Shown: positions 19,723-30,248 of the stretch, in pieces
How positions within the stretch are numbered: the first letter of the stretch is position 1
Layout: each line of letters starts with the position of its first letter
Source: Prevotella sp.
GTDB lineage: Bacteria > Bacteroidota > Bacteroidia > Bacteroidales > Dysgonomonadaceae
NCBI GenBank assembly: GCA_031285625.1
Contig: JAITVV010000057.1
Coordinates: 1-53,582, forward strand
Direction: 5' to 3'
DNA: 53,582 bases
Position numbers and translations under genes: made by a program
Notes under the pieces: model-generated
The model's input: only the letters and a program-made list of their open reading frames with translations
Told to the model about the DNA's origin: nothing
The model's database searches: none

Positions 19723-19813
19723 ACAATAGATATGCCAATTGTATACAGTGTTGATTATTAGTTTTTTAATTTGTATTCAATTTGTCCATTTTCGGTCAGT
19801 AATGCCCGAAAAT
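19723..19813 (-). promoter_or_regulatory. Possible sigma54 promoter with IHF-like site and upstream inverted repeat
   Basis: Minus strand TTGGCATATCTATTGT (GG-N10-GT) at 19738-19723; AATCAACACTGTA next to it; ATTTTCGG-N10-CCGAAAAT at 19788-19813. Confidence 0.4.
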
Positions 19814-19885
19814 AAATTGAGTTTTTTTGACCATGTCGTTAACTCCTAAAAAATATTGCAGTATCTTTGCCTCTCATTTTATATA

Positions 19886-20308
19886 ATGGAAATAAAGGAT
19901 AAACATCAAGATAATAGTTTTTCGAAAGAAGAAAAGTTATGCGGAACAAAGTCTATTGACAGGCTTTTTGCTTCGGGTAATTCATTTATCTCATATCCTT
20001 TGAGGATTGTTTATTTATTAGAAGATAAGGTTGATTATAATGAACAGGCTATATCAGTTCTGATTAGTGTTTCTAAACGGAAGTTTAAACGTGCTGTAAA
20101 GCGTAACAGAGTGAAACGGCTGATCAGGGAAGCATATCGTTTGAATAAAACAGAGTATCTTGATTTTCTGCATACACACAATAAAAGCTTAAATATTGCA
20201 TTCCTTTATCTCAAAAATGAATTACCGGCATTTTCTGAAATAGAAAAATCAATAAAAAAAGCTATCATCTTGTTGAATGAACGGATGGAAAAAGGAGGGG
20301 AGTCATGA
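19886..20308 (+). CDS. rnpA: Ribonuclease P protein component
   Basis: Motif [28 protein letters not shown] at 19886 follows TATCTTTG (19862-19869). Confidence 0.95.
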   Translation: MEIKDKHQDNSFSKEEKLCGTKSIDRLFASGNSFISYPLRIVYLLEDKVDYNEQAISVLISVSKRKFKRAVKRNRVKRLIREAYRLNKTEYLDFLHTHNKSLNIAFLYLKNELPAFSEIEKSIKKAIILLNERMEKGGES

Positions 20309-20526
20309 AAAAGTTTTTATCCTGGGTATTATTACTACCTGTGTACTTTTACAAATATAGTATCTCTCCTATGTTGCCGCCTTCTTGCCGGTATACCCCA
20401 ACTTGTTCAGAATATGCTATTCAGGCCATTAAAAAATACGGCCCTTTTAAAGGACTGTGGCTGGCCACAAAACGTATTCTTCGTTGCAATCCTTGGGGAG
20501 GACATGGCTATGATCCGGTACCGTAA
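20305..20526 (+). CDS. yidD: Membrane protein insertion efficiency factor
   Basis: Motifs [10 protein letters not shown] and [17 protein letters not shown]; ATGA overlap with rnpA. Confidence 0.96.
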   Translation: MKKFLSWVLLLPVYFYKYSISPMLPPSCRYTPTCSEYAIQAIKKYGPFKGLWLATKRILRCNPWGGHGYDPVP

Positions 20527-20533
20527 TATAAAA

Positions 20534-20567
20534 ATAACTCTCTCCGGAATAATCCAAAGAGAGTTAT
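20534..20567. terminator. Hairpin between convergent genes
   Basis: ATAACTCTCT...AGAGAGTTAT. Confidence 0.55.
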
Positions 20568-20594
20568 CACCCATTATTAAATCAGATTTAGAAA

Positions 20595-20975
20595 TTAAAT
20601 AGCGCTTTTAGCTCTTATTCTAGCAATCTCTTCATCTGCTTTTCTTTGTATTTTATTTTTTGTTTTTTCTGCTTTTCGTTTAGCCATAGCTATGGATTTT
20701 TCTCCATTCTTTTGCGCATTTTCAGCTCCTTTTTTGGTATCCTGTTCCATTTTTTTCTTGGCATCCTGAGCAGCCTTCTTTTTATCAATTTCTACTTGCT
20801 TTTTAGCATCTTCTATTTCTTGTCGCATTTTTGAATCTGCATCTGCAGATTCTTTCGCAGCCTTAGTGCGTATACTTTCTATTTGTATAGCTGTTTTTTC
20901 ACTGACGACTATATCTTGTGCATGTGCTGTAGCCATTATTGCTAAGAATAGCAGGCAGGTGAGTAACTTCTTCAT
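20595..20975 (-). CDS. Secreted/periplasmic Lys/Ala/Glu-rich coiled-coil protein
   Basis: Signal peptide ending AHA-Q; charged helical low-complexity mature part. Confidence 0.75.
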   Translation of the reverse strand: MKKLLTCLLFLAIMATAHAQDIVVSEKTAIQIESIRTKAAKESADADSKMRQEIEDAKKQVEIDKKKAAQDAKKKMEQDTKKGAENAQKNGEKSIAMAKRKAEKTKNKIQRKADEEIARIRAKSAI

Positions 20976-21314
20976 AACTCTAAAATAATTAAGTGTTAGT
21001 TTGCAATTAACCAGTTTCTCAGTTCGGGCGTCAAAGATAATATATTTTTATATTAAAAAAAGCGAAGCAAATCTTGCGTTTTTATATCTTATTGTGTATT
21101 TGTTTGTTATGCTGTTGTTTTTATGATTTTTTTGTGTACAAGATTATTTTATGTCTTTATGATTATTTAAATCTTATAGATTGTGACTATATGATTAAAT
21201 TTTAAAATTCAAAAAATACTGTATTAAAAGCTTTAAATGTGTTTGTTTTTCCAGAAACAATTTGTTATTTTGAGTGGGAATATGTTCACAAAACTTCAAA
21301 TCCTTATTTAGATA

Positions 21315-22193
21315 ATGAAAGATTCAATATTAAGGGAGGTTACACCACTCTCAAAGAGGGATTGCTTCATGATATTTTCGCGGGTAAAACAACACTTCAC
21401 TTTTCCTGTACATGTGCATGCTGAATTTGAACTTAATTTTATTGAAAATGGGGCCAGGGCAAAACGTATAGTAGGCGATAGTATTGAAGAAATAGACGAA
21501 CTGGAGCTTACCTTAATTACTGGGTCTAATCTTGAACATGGCTGGCTGGATCATAAATGCACATCAGAAGAAATTAAAGAAATAACCATCCAGTTTCATG
21601 CAGATTTGTTTAACGAAGAGTTGTTGCAGAAAAATCAATTCAGGACAGTGAAAGAAATGTTCGAGAAGGCTATGCTCGGTGTTACTTTTACAAAGGGAAC
21701 GATTGAATCAATGAAAGATAGGCTGTATTCTCTGGCTTCCGAACCGGAAGGGGCACATTCGGTATTGAATTTATTTGGCATATTATATGACTTATCCTTG
21801 TCCCCAATGCGCGAGTTATCTAGTCGTTCATTTAATGGGCAAGAGCAAAACTATGATAGCCGGAGAATTGAACGCGCCTATAATTATATGTTGGCAAATT
21901 ATAATAATGAAGTTCGTTTAAGTGATATTGCAGATCTGGTGGGGATGACAGAAGTTGCATTTAGTCGTTTTATAAAACAACGTACCGGACGAAATTTCAT
22001 TGATTCGTTAAATGATATACGTCTGGGGCATGCTACCCGTATGTTGGTTGACACAACTCATAGTATTGCTGAGATTAGTATGATCTGTGGGTTCAATAAT
22101 CTATCAAATTTTAATAGAATATTTAAGAAGAAAAAAAGTTGTACCCCTCGTGAATTCAGGGATAACTATAAAGAGTCTAAGTATTTTGTTTAA
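21315..22193 (+). CDS. AraC-family transcriptional regulator (cupin + HTH), probable regulator of the mannan locus
   Basis: HVHAEFEL cupin motif; C-terminal CGFNNLSNFNRIFKK...TPREFR. Confidence 0.92.
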   Translation: MKDSILREVTPLSKRDCFMIFSRVKQHFTFPVHVHAEFELNFIENGARAKRIVGDSIEEIDELELTLITGSNLEHGWLDHKCTSEEIKEITIQFHADLFNEELLQKNQFRTVKEMFEKAMLGVTFTKGTIESMKDRLYSLASEPEGAHSVLNLFGILYDLSLSPMRELSSRSFNGQEQNYDSRRIERAYNYMLANYNNEVRLSDIADLVGMTEVAFSRFIKQRTGRNFIDSLNDIRLGHATRMLVDTTHSIAEISMICGFNNLSNFNRIFKKKKSCTPREFRDNYKESKYFV

Positions 22194-22228
22194 AAATGCT
22201 TTGACACTTAAATAAGATTGTGGAAAAT

Positions 22229-22260
22229 ACTCTCTTTGTTTTTAACAAGGAGGGTTTTTT
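22229..22260 (+). terminator. Intrinsic terminator after the AraC gene
   Basis: ACTCTCTTTGTT-TTT-AACAAGGAGGGT followed by a T tract. Confidence 0.6.
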
Positions 22261-22527
22261 GTTTTAGGGTACTTGGATCTTTAGGATAATGTATATTAAA
22301 AAAGTATCATGTTGTTCTATTTTGAATTTGTTCGTATAATCTTTTTTATTATTATATTTTGTGATGATTTACATATTTATATCTATAGAAAAAATATTAT
22401 AATTGGTTAAAATAGTATTTGTAAAAAAGTATTATCATCTATAAATTTGTACTATCAATTTATAGAATATTTGAGTAAATAAAAAAAGTATAACATAATC
22501 CTTGTCCTTAGCGCATCAATTCTAAAC

Positions 22528-23832
22528 ATGTCACCTATGAATAAACTAATCCTATTTACAATCGTGGTCTTATGCTTTCTCTCTTGTAATGGTAATAAAA
22601 ACTCAATTGTATCCGAACCTGCTTTCGTAAAACAGAAAGACGGTCATTTTGTGATAAACAACAAACCATATTATTTTATTGGTACTAACTATTGGTTTGG
22701 TGCTATTCTTGGTTCTACAGGAGAAGGAGGTAATCGCGAACGATTGCTCAAGGAATTAGATTTTATGAAAGAAAATGGTATCAATAATCTTCGTGTTTTG
22801 GTGGGTGCTGATGGTATTGCAGGACAGGAAGTAAAAGTGAGGCCAACATTGCAAACCGCTCCGGGTATCTATAATGATACCATATTTGATGGGCTCGATT
22901 TCTTTATGGCCGAATTAGGTAAACGTGACATGCATGCGGTGCTTTATCTTAACAATAGTTGGGAATGGAGCGGGGGATATGGGCAATATCTCAATTGGGC
23001 AGGCAAAGGCGATGTTCCTGAAAAGGGAGTCCATGATTGGCCAGTCTTTGTAAAACATGTGGCGCAATATGCTGATTGTGATAGTTGCCACTCTATGTTC
23101 CTTAATCATGTAAGTCATGTAATATCACGTACAAATAAATATACAGGGAAAAAATATACAGAAGACACTGCATTGATGGCATGGCAGGTAGGTAATGAGC
23201 CTCGGGTGTTCAGCAATGAAGGTAAACCGGGATTTAAGAAGTGGCTGAGAGAAACAACAGCTTTGATCCGCTCTTTGGATTCCAATCATTTGATATCAAT
23301 CGGTAACGAAGGTTTTATGGGATCGGAAGGAGATATGCAGCTATTTGAAGATATACATGTCGATCCGAATGTAGATTATTTAACTATACATATTTGGCCT
23401 AAGAACTGGAGCTGGATTGATATTACTAAAATTACACAATCTGTAGATACAGCTATTGTAAGAACAAATAAATATATCGATGATCATATGGCTATTGCTA
23501 AAAAATTAAATAAGCCAATGACTATTGAAGAATTCGGATACCCTCGTGATAATCATAAATATACTTTAGATGACCCTGTTACCGCCCGTGATAAATATTA
23601 TGCAAATATATTTTCCCATATAGTAGCTGCGTCAAAAGAAAATGAAAATCTTGCAGGTTGTAATTTCTGGGCATGGGGTGGTTTTGGACGTCCGGCTCAT
23701 GAGTTTTGGAAACCTTGGGACGACTATGTAGGTGACCCATCCCAAGAAGAACAGGGGCTAAACTCTGTCTTTGATACAGATTCCACGATCAAAATTATAA
23801 AAGAGTATGCAGATCAGCTAAAAATGAAATAA
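22528..23832 (+). CDS. GH5 beta-mannanase/mannosidase lipoprotein
   Basis: Lipobox FLS-C; motifs GTNYW, WEWSGG..QY, GNEPR (acid/base), EEFG (nucleophile) and NFWAW. Confidence 0.9.
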   Translation: MSPMNKLILFTIVVLCFLSCNGNKNSIVSEPAFVKQKDGHFVINNKPYYFIGTNYWFGAILGSTGEGGNRERLLKELDFMKENGINNLRVLVGADGIAGQEVKVRPTLQTAPGIYNDTIFDGLDFFMAELGKRDMHAVLYLNNSWEWSGGYGQYLNWAGKGDVPEKGVHDWPVFVKHVAQYADCDSCHSMFLNHVSHVISRTNKYTGKKYTEDTALMAWQVGNEPRVFSNEGKPGFKKWLRETTALIRSLDSNHLISIGNEGFMGSEGDMQLFEDIHVDPNVDYLTIHIWPKNWSWIDITKITQSVDTAIVRTNKYIDDHMAIAKKLNKPMTIEEFGYPRDNHKYTLDDPVTARDKYYANIFSHIVAASKENENLAGCNFWAWGGFGRPAHEFWKPWDDYVGDPSQEEQGLNSVFDTDSTIKIIKEYADQLKMK

Positions 23833-23877
23833 GACTTAATCACAAATTATTTAGGTAAAATATTAAAAAAGAAAAGA

Positions 23878-25047
23878 ATGAGCAACCTATTCAAAAATCG
23901 TCTTGAAACTGTAACAACAGAATATGAGAAATTAATTACACAAAAAAATGAATCTATATTGCCTGGAAACGGCATTTTCGAACGATATAAAAATCCTGTA
24001 CTGACAGCAGATCATACTCCTGTATTCTGGCGTTATGATATGAACGAGCAGACTAATCCGTTCTTTATGGAGCGCTTTGGTATCAACGGAACTTTCAATG
24101 CAGGGGCAATTAAGTGGAATGACAAATATATTATGGCTGTACGTGTAGAAGGTAATGACCGTAAATCATTCTTTGCAATTGCAGAAAGTCCCAATGGTAT
24201 TGATAATTTTCGTTTTTGGGATTATCCTATTACTATGCCTGAAACGGATAGTCCGGACACAAATGTATATGATATGCGCCTGACAGCTCATCAAGATGGT
24301 TGGATATACGGGTTATTCTGTTCTGAACGGAAAGATCCGAATGCTCCTGCCGGAGACTTATCTTCAGCTGTAGCGGCTGCAGGAATAGCACGTACACAAG
24401 ATTTAAAAAACTGGGAACGACTTCCCGATCTCAAAACGAAAAGCCAACAACGAAATGTCGTACTTCACCCCGAATTTGTAGATGGTAAATATGCTCTTTA
24501 TACACGACCGCAGGATGGTTTCATCGATGCCGGGAGCGGAGGAGGAATAGGTTGGGCATTAGTTGATAATATGACGAATGCAGAAGTAAAGGAAGAGAAA
24601 ATTATCAACTTTCGTCATTACCATACTATCAAAGAATTAAAAAACGGTGAGGGGCCTCATCCTATTAAAACATCAAAAGGATGGCTTCATCTGGCACATG
24701 GCGTACGTGCTTGTGCTGCCGGATTAAGATATGTTTTATATCTTTATATGACCGATCTGGAACAGCCGGATAAACTAATTGCTGAACCCGCAGGACACCT
24801 AATGGCACCTATGGATGAAGAGCGGGTAGGGGATGTATCTAATGTCTTATTCACAAATGGATGGATAGCAGATGAAGACGGTACAGTGTATATTTATTAT
24901 GCTTCATGCGATACACGTATGCATGTAGCTGTATCTTCTGTCGATCGTCTGGTTGATTATTGTCTGAATACGGCTCCTGATGGCTACCGTTCTGCAACAT
25001 CCGTACAGATACTGAATACTATTATAAAGAATAACCTTGAATTATAA
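23878..25047 (+). CDS. GH130 4-O-beta-D-mannosyl-D-glucose phosphorylase
   Basis: Motifs [26 protein letters not shown] and GDVSNVLF, typical of the B. fragilis Mgp group. Confidence 0.92.
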   Translation: MSNLFKNRLETVTTEYEKLITQKNESILPGNGIFERYKNPVLTADHTPVFWRYDMNEQTNPFFMERFGINGTFNAGAIKWNDKYIMAVRVEGNDRKSFFAIAESPNGIDNFRFWDYPITMPETDSPDTNVYDMRLTAHQDGWIYGLFCSERKDPNAPAGDLSSAVAAAGIARTQDLKNWERLPDLKTKSQQRNVVLHPEFVDGKYALYTRPQDGFIDAGSGGGIGWALVDNMTNAEVKEEKIINFRHYHTIKELKNGEGPHPIKTSKGWLHLAHGVRACAAGLRYVLYLYMTDLEQPDKLIAEPAGHLMAPMDEERVGDVSNVLFTNGWIADEDGTVYIYYASCDTRMHVAVSSVDRLVDYCLNTAPDGYRSATSVQILNTIIKNNLEL

Positions 25048-25072
25048 GCTTTAGCTAACAGCTAATAAAACC

Positions 25073-26500
25073 ATGATGAATACAAAAGTTACATTAAAAG
25101 AGAAAGTAGGTTACGGATTCGGTGATATGGCCTCTTCCATGTTTTGGAAGATATTTGGTATGTATTCACTGTTTTTCTATACAGACGTTTTTGGGATAAC
25201 AGCTGCTGCTGCCGGAACGATGTTTCTGGTGGCCCGTGTCTGGGATTCTTTCTTCGATTTATTTGTGGGGATTGCTGCCGACCGTACTAAAACCCGTTGG
25301 GGAAGATATCGTCCATATTTGTTATGGTTTGCCATTCCATTCTCGGTTATGGGTGTGATAACTTTTTTTGTACCCGATTTCGGGGCAACAGGCAAGCTGG
25401 TTTATGCATATATCACCTATTCATTGATGATGATTGTATATTCACTTATTAATGTGCCTTATGCATCATTGTTAGGTGTAATGTCTCCTAATCCGCAAGA
25501 ACGGAATGTACTCTCTTCTTACAGGATGTCTTTTGCATTTATCGGAAGTTTTATAACTTTTATGCTATTACAGCCACTGGTCGATATGTATGGCAAGACT
25601 TTTGGCTCAGAACAAGCTCTGGTTGTTGCCGAACAGGCAGAAGCCTCAATTAGTACTTCACCAATTGGCTGGACTATGGGGGTGGCAACCATCGGGGTTA
25701 TCTGTACTATACTTTTCTTCTTATGCTTTAGGTGGACGCGCGAACGTGTGCAACCTGTGAACGATGATGAGGATACATCGGTGAAACAGGACTTAAAGAA
25801 CCTGTTTCATAATGCACCTTGGTGGATACTTGTAGGAACAGGGCTAGCCGCATTACTATTTAATGCTGTGCGTGATGGTGTGGCTATTTATTATTTCAGG
25901 GACTATGTGCAAGTTGCATATCGTGTGCCTTTTACGGGTTGGGATGTAACTACCGTCTATTTCCTTGTAGGGCAGGCGGCTAACCTGATCGGGGTTATTT
26001 TAGCGCCTGTTATATCATCCCGGTATGGTAAGAAGAAAACCTATATGATTGCTATTGCAGGGGCTGGTGCACTAAGTGTTGTGTTCTATTTCATTCCTAA
26101 CAGTCTGGGTTGGATATTACTGTTGCAAACTTTAATTTCTCTTTGTGCAGGTTATGTACTGCCATTACTTTGGAGTATGTTTGCCGATATTGTGGATTAT
26201 CAGGAACTGAAAACAAACCGGCGTGCATCAGGATTAATATTTTCATCTTCATCCATGTCTCAGAAGTTAGGCTGGGCATTAGGTGCTGCACTTACAGGCT
26301 GGATACTGTTTTTATTCAAGTACAATCCTGATATTGCACAGCAAAGTATGGAAACTATTTTTGGTGAGCGTCTGATGATTAGCATTATACCTGCTGTTTG
26401 TTGCATCATTGCTTTCTTTGGTATGATGGCTTATCCGCTATCGGAGAAAAAAGTAAAAGAAGTGACAGCAGAGTTAGAAGCAAAAAGAATGAATAAATAA
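25073..26500 (+). CDS. GPH/MelB-family MFS sugar:cation symporter (manno-oligosaccharide uptake)
   Basis: Motifs KEKVGYGFGD and DRTKTRWGRYRPY; about 12 TM helices. Confidence 0.9.
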   Translation: MMNTKVTLKEKVGYGFGDMASSMFWKIFGMYSLFFYTDVFGITAAAAGTMFLVARVWDSFFDLFVGIAADRTKTRWGRYRPYLLWFAIPFSVMGVITFFVPDFGATGKLVYAYITYSLMMIVYSLINVPYASLLGVMSPNPQERNVLSSYRMSFAFIGSFITFMLLQPLVDMYGKTFGSEQALVVAEQAEASISTSPIGWTMGVATIGVICTILFFLCFRWTRERVQPVNDDEDTSVKQDLKNLFHNAPWWILVGTGLAALLFNAVRDGVAIYYFRDYVQVAYRVPFTGWDVTTVYFLVGQAANLIGVILAPVISSRYGKKKTYMIAIAGAGALSVVFYFIPNSLGWILLLQTLISLCAGYVLPLLWSMFADIVDYQELKTNRRASGLIFSSSSMSQKLGWALGAALTGWILFLFKYNPDIAQQSMETIFGERLMISIIPAVCCIIAFFGMMAYPLSEKKVKEVTAELEAKRMNK

Positions 26501-26517
26501 ATGCTGAAGGGCTGTCA

Positions 26518-26605
26518 TACTCTCTTTGTCGTGTTGAACGGAGTGAAACATCTCGTGTCAGGAGGGTTGAGATTCTTCATTACATTCAGAATGACAAATA
26601 GAGTA
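26518..26605. repeat. Palindromic MITE/REP-like element, copy 1
   Basis: Arms TACTCTCTTTGTCGTGTTGAACGGAGTGAAACATCTC and GAGATTCTTCATTACATTCAGAATGACAAATAGAGTA; related copy at 47767-47885. Confidence 0.75.
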
Positions 26606-26648
26606 ACATGTTATTTCACTTTTAGGATGACCTATAACTTCTCAAAAT

Positions 26649-27812
26649 ATGAATGGTTTCAAACAAGAACTGGAAAATATATTATTCTTTTGGATAAATA
26701 AAATGCAGGATGTACAGCATGGAGGTTTCTATGGACGAATCGATGGTAATGATATATTACATACCGAAGCTAACAAAGGGGCCATACTGAATGCACGTAT
26801 TTTATGGACTTTTTCATCGGCATACCGTATATTGAAAAAAGAAGAATATCTGCAAGTGGCTCAGAGGGCTTTCGATTATATCACTACCTACTTTATTGAT
26901 AAAGAATATGGAGGAGCCTATTGGGAACTCGATTATAAAGGAAATCCTGTAAATACGAAAAAGCAGACTTACGTGCAGGGTTTTATGCTCTATAGCTTTT
27001 CTGAATTTTTTCGGGCTACAGGAAATAAACAGGCTTTGGAATTGGCTCAAAACTTTTTCTATCTGATAGAGAAGTGCTATGACAATGAATTTGGAGGCTA
27101 TCTGGAGGCATATACACAAGACTGGAACCCGATTGAAGATATGCGTTTGAGTGATAAAGATGCAAACGAAAAGAAAACAATGAATACGCATCTTCATGTA
27201 CTCGAACCTTATACTAATCTGTGCAGGGTGTGGGATAATGGGCAATTAAAAATGGCTCAAAGGAGAATGATCGATATTTTTACTGAAAACATTCTGGGTA
27301 AGAAAACCAATCATTTGAATTTATTCTTTGATGAACAATGGAATGTAAAATCTACAACCATATCTTATGGTCACGATATTGAGGCTTCCTGGCTATTATT
27401 TGAGGCAGCTGAAGTATTAGGAGATAAAAATGTATTGGACAAGCTCAAAAAACTTTCTTTAAAAATAGCTGATGCGGCATCAGAAGGATTAGAAGCTGAT
27501 GGAAGTATGATTTATGAAAAAAATGGGGGTCATATAGATAAGGAGCGCCATTGGTGGGTACAGGCAGAAGCTGTGGTAGGATATATGTATGCATATAAAA
27601 ACTCAGGGAATCCGGCTTATAAGGAAAAAGCTTCGCGAATATGGAAGTATATTCAAAACCAAATTGTCGATCATAAAAATGGAGAATGGTATTGGAGCCG
27701 AATGGAAGACGGCTCTGTCAACTATAAAGATGATAAAGCAGGATTTTGGAAATGTCCATATCACAATGGTCGTATGTGCATGGAAATGATAGAGCATTTT
27801 GGTTTAGTATAA
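26649..27812 (+). CDS. Cellobiose/mannobiose 2-epimerase (AGE family)
   Basis: Motifs NARILWTFS, KTMNTHLH, SYGHDIEASWL, WWVQAE and KCPYHNGR. Confidence 0.93.
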   Translation: MNGFKQELENILFFWINKMQDVQHGGFYGRIDGNDILHTEANKGAILNARILWTFSSAYRILKKEEYLQVAQRAFDYITTYFIDKEYGGAYWELDYKGNPVNTKKQTYVQGFMLYSFSEFFRATGNKQALELAQNFFYLIEKCYDNEFGGYLEAYTQDWNPIEDMRLSDKDANEKKTMNTHLHVLEPYTNLCRVWDNGQLKMAQRRMIDIFTENILGKKTNHLNLFFDEQWNVKSTTISYGHDIEASWLLFEAAEVLGDKNVLDKLKKLSLKIADAASEGLEADGSMIYEKNGGHIDKERHWWVQAEAVVGYMYAYKNSGNPAYKEKASRIWKYIQNQIVDHKNGEWYWSRMEDGSVNYKDDKAGFWKCPYHNGRMCMEMIEHFGLV

Positions 27813-27823
27813 AAATTAAAAGC

Positions 27824-30139
27824 ATGAAAAAAATATTGGTAATAATGGCTACAACATTAGGTATAGTGTCAGGAATGCATGCACAAAATAGTGATGCGGA
27901 AAAGAAAGCGGCTGAGATAGTGTCTAAAATGACATTGGCAGAAAAGATAGGGCAAATGGCTCAGATCAGTATAGATATGGTGTGTAAAGGTCAGGATACG
28001 CCTTCCTCAAGTACGTTGGAAGTAGACGCGGATAAACTACGCGAAGCTATTGTCGAATACCATGTAGGTTCTATATTGAATTCACCAAATACACGTGCAC
28101 GTACACCGCAATGGTGGAACAAGGCAGTGGAGCAGATACAAGATATAGCTATGAGGGAAACACGGATGAAAATTCCTGTTATCTATGGTCTTGACCAGAT
28201 ACATGGAGCAACTTATACGGCAGGTTCAACTATGTTTCCTCAGGAAATAACTGTAGCCGCATCCTGGAATCCTGTGCATGCACGCAAAATGGGTGAAATT
28301 ACTGCATACGAAACCCGTGCAAGTAATGTTCCCTGGAATTTCTCTCCTGTGCTCGATTTGGGACTCGATCCGCGTTTCCCGCGACAATACGAGGGGTTTG
28401 GTGAAGATCCGTATATAGGATCGGTTTTTGGGTACGAATTGATTAAAGGGTACGAAGGTGATGATAATAATATAGCCAATCCAACTAAGGTTGCCGCTTG
28501 TATGAAACACTTCTTAGGCTATTCGGTACCTATCAGCGGAAAAGACCGTACTCCGGCTTATATTCCCGAAAATGTATTATTGGAATATCATGTGCCTGCT
28601 TTTCAGGCTGCTATTGATGCAGGTGTACACACTGTGATGCTAAATTCCGGTATTGTAAATAATGTACCTGTACATGCAAGCTATGATCTTATGACTAAAT
28701 TATTGCGCGAGAATATGGGCTTTAAGGGGATGATCGTTACCGATTGGGAAGATATCAATAAGTTATACAACCGTGATAAGATGGTTCCATCTATCAAAGA
28801 GGCTATTAAAGAAGGTATCAATGCCGGAATCGATATGTCGATGATTCCGTTTAACTATAAAGAGTTCTGTGGCTTATTAACCGAACTTGTAAATGAAGGT
28901 GCAGTGCCGATGTCCCGTATTGATGACGCTGTTACAAGAATACTGGTTGTAAAGCTGAAACTGGATTTATTTAATACACCAAATACATATCTTAAAGATT
29001 TTCCGGAATTTAATTCAAAAGCTTTTCAGCAAGCCTCCTATAATGCGGCTGCTGATGCAATTACATTATTGAAAAACGACGGTGATATATTACCTTTAAC
29101 TAAAGGTGTTAAAATATTGGTTACCGGGCCTAACGCTGTTAGCAAACGTTCCCTGAATGGCGGGTGGACATTTTCGTGGCAAGGTGAAAAAATAGATGAA
29201 TTTGCAGACCAATATCATAATATACTGGATGCAATACAATCAAAATTCGGTAAAGAAAACGTTTCTTATGTTCCGGGAGTAAGTTATACAAACGAAACCA
29301 AATGGGATACAGAATATAAAGACCGTTTTGAAGAAGCAATTGTTGCTGCTAAAGATGCAGATTATATTGTATTGTGTTTGGGTGAGAATTCCTATTGTGA
29401 AAAACCGGGTGACCTGAACGACTTATATCTGAATGACCTGCAAACAGAGTTAGCACAGGAAATGTTGAAATTGGGAAAGAAAGTTGTTCTTGTATTGAGC
29501 GAAGGACGTCCGCGTCTTATTTCCAAATTTTCATCTAAGGTAGATGCAATTGTGCAAACTTATTTACCGGGTATATACGGTGCTGATGCATTGGCTGATA
29601 TTTTAGCTGGTGAGGTAAATCCTTCGGGTAAATTGCCTTATACATATCCTGCATATCCTAATTCTTTGGTACCATATTTTCATAAATATGCTGATGAACA
29701 AGAAAATACAGATAGTGCGTATAATTATGAAGGCGATTATAATTTTGAATATCCATTTGGTTACGGGCTTAGCTATACGACATTTACATACTCAAATATA
29801 CGGGTCGATAAAACTCAGTTGCCAGTCGATTCAAATGAGGAAATTACGATAATGGCAGATGTTACTAATACGGGAAATCGAGAAGGAAAAGAAGTTGTTC
29901 AGTTATATACGAGCGATCTGGTTGCTTCCCTTATTCCTGATGTAAAGAGATTGCGTCGTTTTGAAAAAGTATTGTTGAAGGCTGGAGAAACTAAAACTGT
30001 TTCATTTAAATTGAAAGTAAATGACCTTTCGTTTATTAACTTGAAAAATGAGCGGATTGTCGAACCCGGAGATTTTGAATTCCAAATAGGTTCTTCATCC
30101 GACGATATTAAAGGTAAAGTGTTGTTTACTTTAAGATAA
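27824..30139 (+). CDS. GH3 beta-glucosidase (periplasmic, BglX-like)
   Basis: Signal peptide from ATG 27824; motifs EKIGQM, KHF, VTDW, YPFGYGLSYTTF; Fn3-like C-terminus. Confidence 0.92.
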   Translation: MKKILVIMATTLGIVSGMHAQNSDAEKKAAEIVSKMTLAEKIGQMAQISIDMVCKGQDTPSSSTLEVDADKLREAIVEYHVGSILNSPNTRARTPQWWNKAVEQIQDIAMRETRMKIPVIYGLDQIHGATYTAGSTMFPQEITVAASWNPVHARKMGEITAYETRASNVPWNFSPVLDLGLDPRFPRQYEGFGEDPYIGSVFGYELIKGYEGDDNNIANPTKVAACMKHFLGYSVPISGKDRTPAYIPENVLLEYHVPAFQAAIDAGVHTVMLNSGIVNNVPVHASYDLMTKLLRENMGFKGMIVTDWEDINKLYNRDKMVPSIKEAIKEGINAGIDMSMIPFNYKEFCGLLTELVNEGAVPMSRIDDAVTRILVVKLKLDLFNTPNTYLKDFPEFNSKAFQQASYNAAADAITLLKNDGDILPLTKGVKILVTGPNAVSKRSLNGGWTFSWQGEKIDEFADQYHNILDAIQSKFGKENVSYVPGVSYTNETKWDTEYKDRFEEAIVAAKDADYIVLCLGENSYCEKPGDLNDLYLNDLQTELAQEMLKLGKKVVLVLSEGRPRLISKFSSKVDAIVQTYLPGIYGADALADILAGEVNPSGKLPYTYPAYPNSLVPYFHKYADEQENTDSAYNYEGDYNFEYPFGYGLSYTTFTYSNIRVDKTQLPVDSNEEITIMADVTNTGNREGKEVVQLYTSDLVASLIPDVKRLRRFEKVLLKAGETKTVSFKLKVNDLSFINLKNERIVEPGDFEFQIGSSSDDIKGKVLFTLR

Positions 30140-30168
30140 TTATCTATTAAAAGAAAAGAATCAAGATA

Positions 30169-30224
30169 AAAGTTACAATTTAAAAATATCAGATAACTGT
30201 TACTTTTGTCACCTTTGTTACTTT
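30169..30224. repeat. Nonamer-array element, short copy
   Basis: AAAGTTACA-N20-TGTTACTTT-TGTCACCTT-TGTTACTTT; same geometry as the copies at 48008 and 48217. Confidence 0.7.
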
Positions 30225-30248
30225 TTAATAAATTGAAAACTGAATATA

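Noticed and set aside
25047-25070. AGCTTT-AGCTAAC-AGCTAAT short repeat
   Set aside because: Too short, and it has no inverted partner.
26501-26701. 66-aa ORF between the transporter and the epimerase
   Set aside because: It is largely a translation of the palindromic repeat and overlaps the epimerase start.
27746-27823. N-terminal extensions in the ORF track (also 12070, 16399, 19662, 19856, 48462)
   Set aside because: Downstream ATGs fit signal peptides, promoter positions or gene spacing better.
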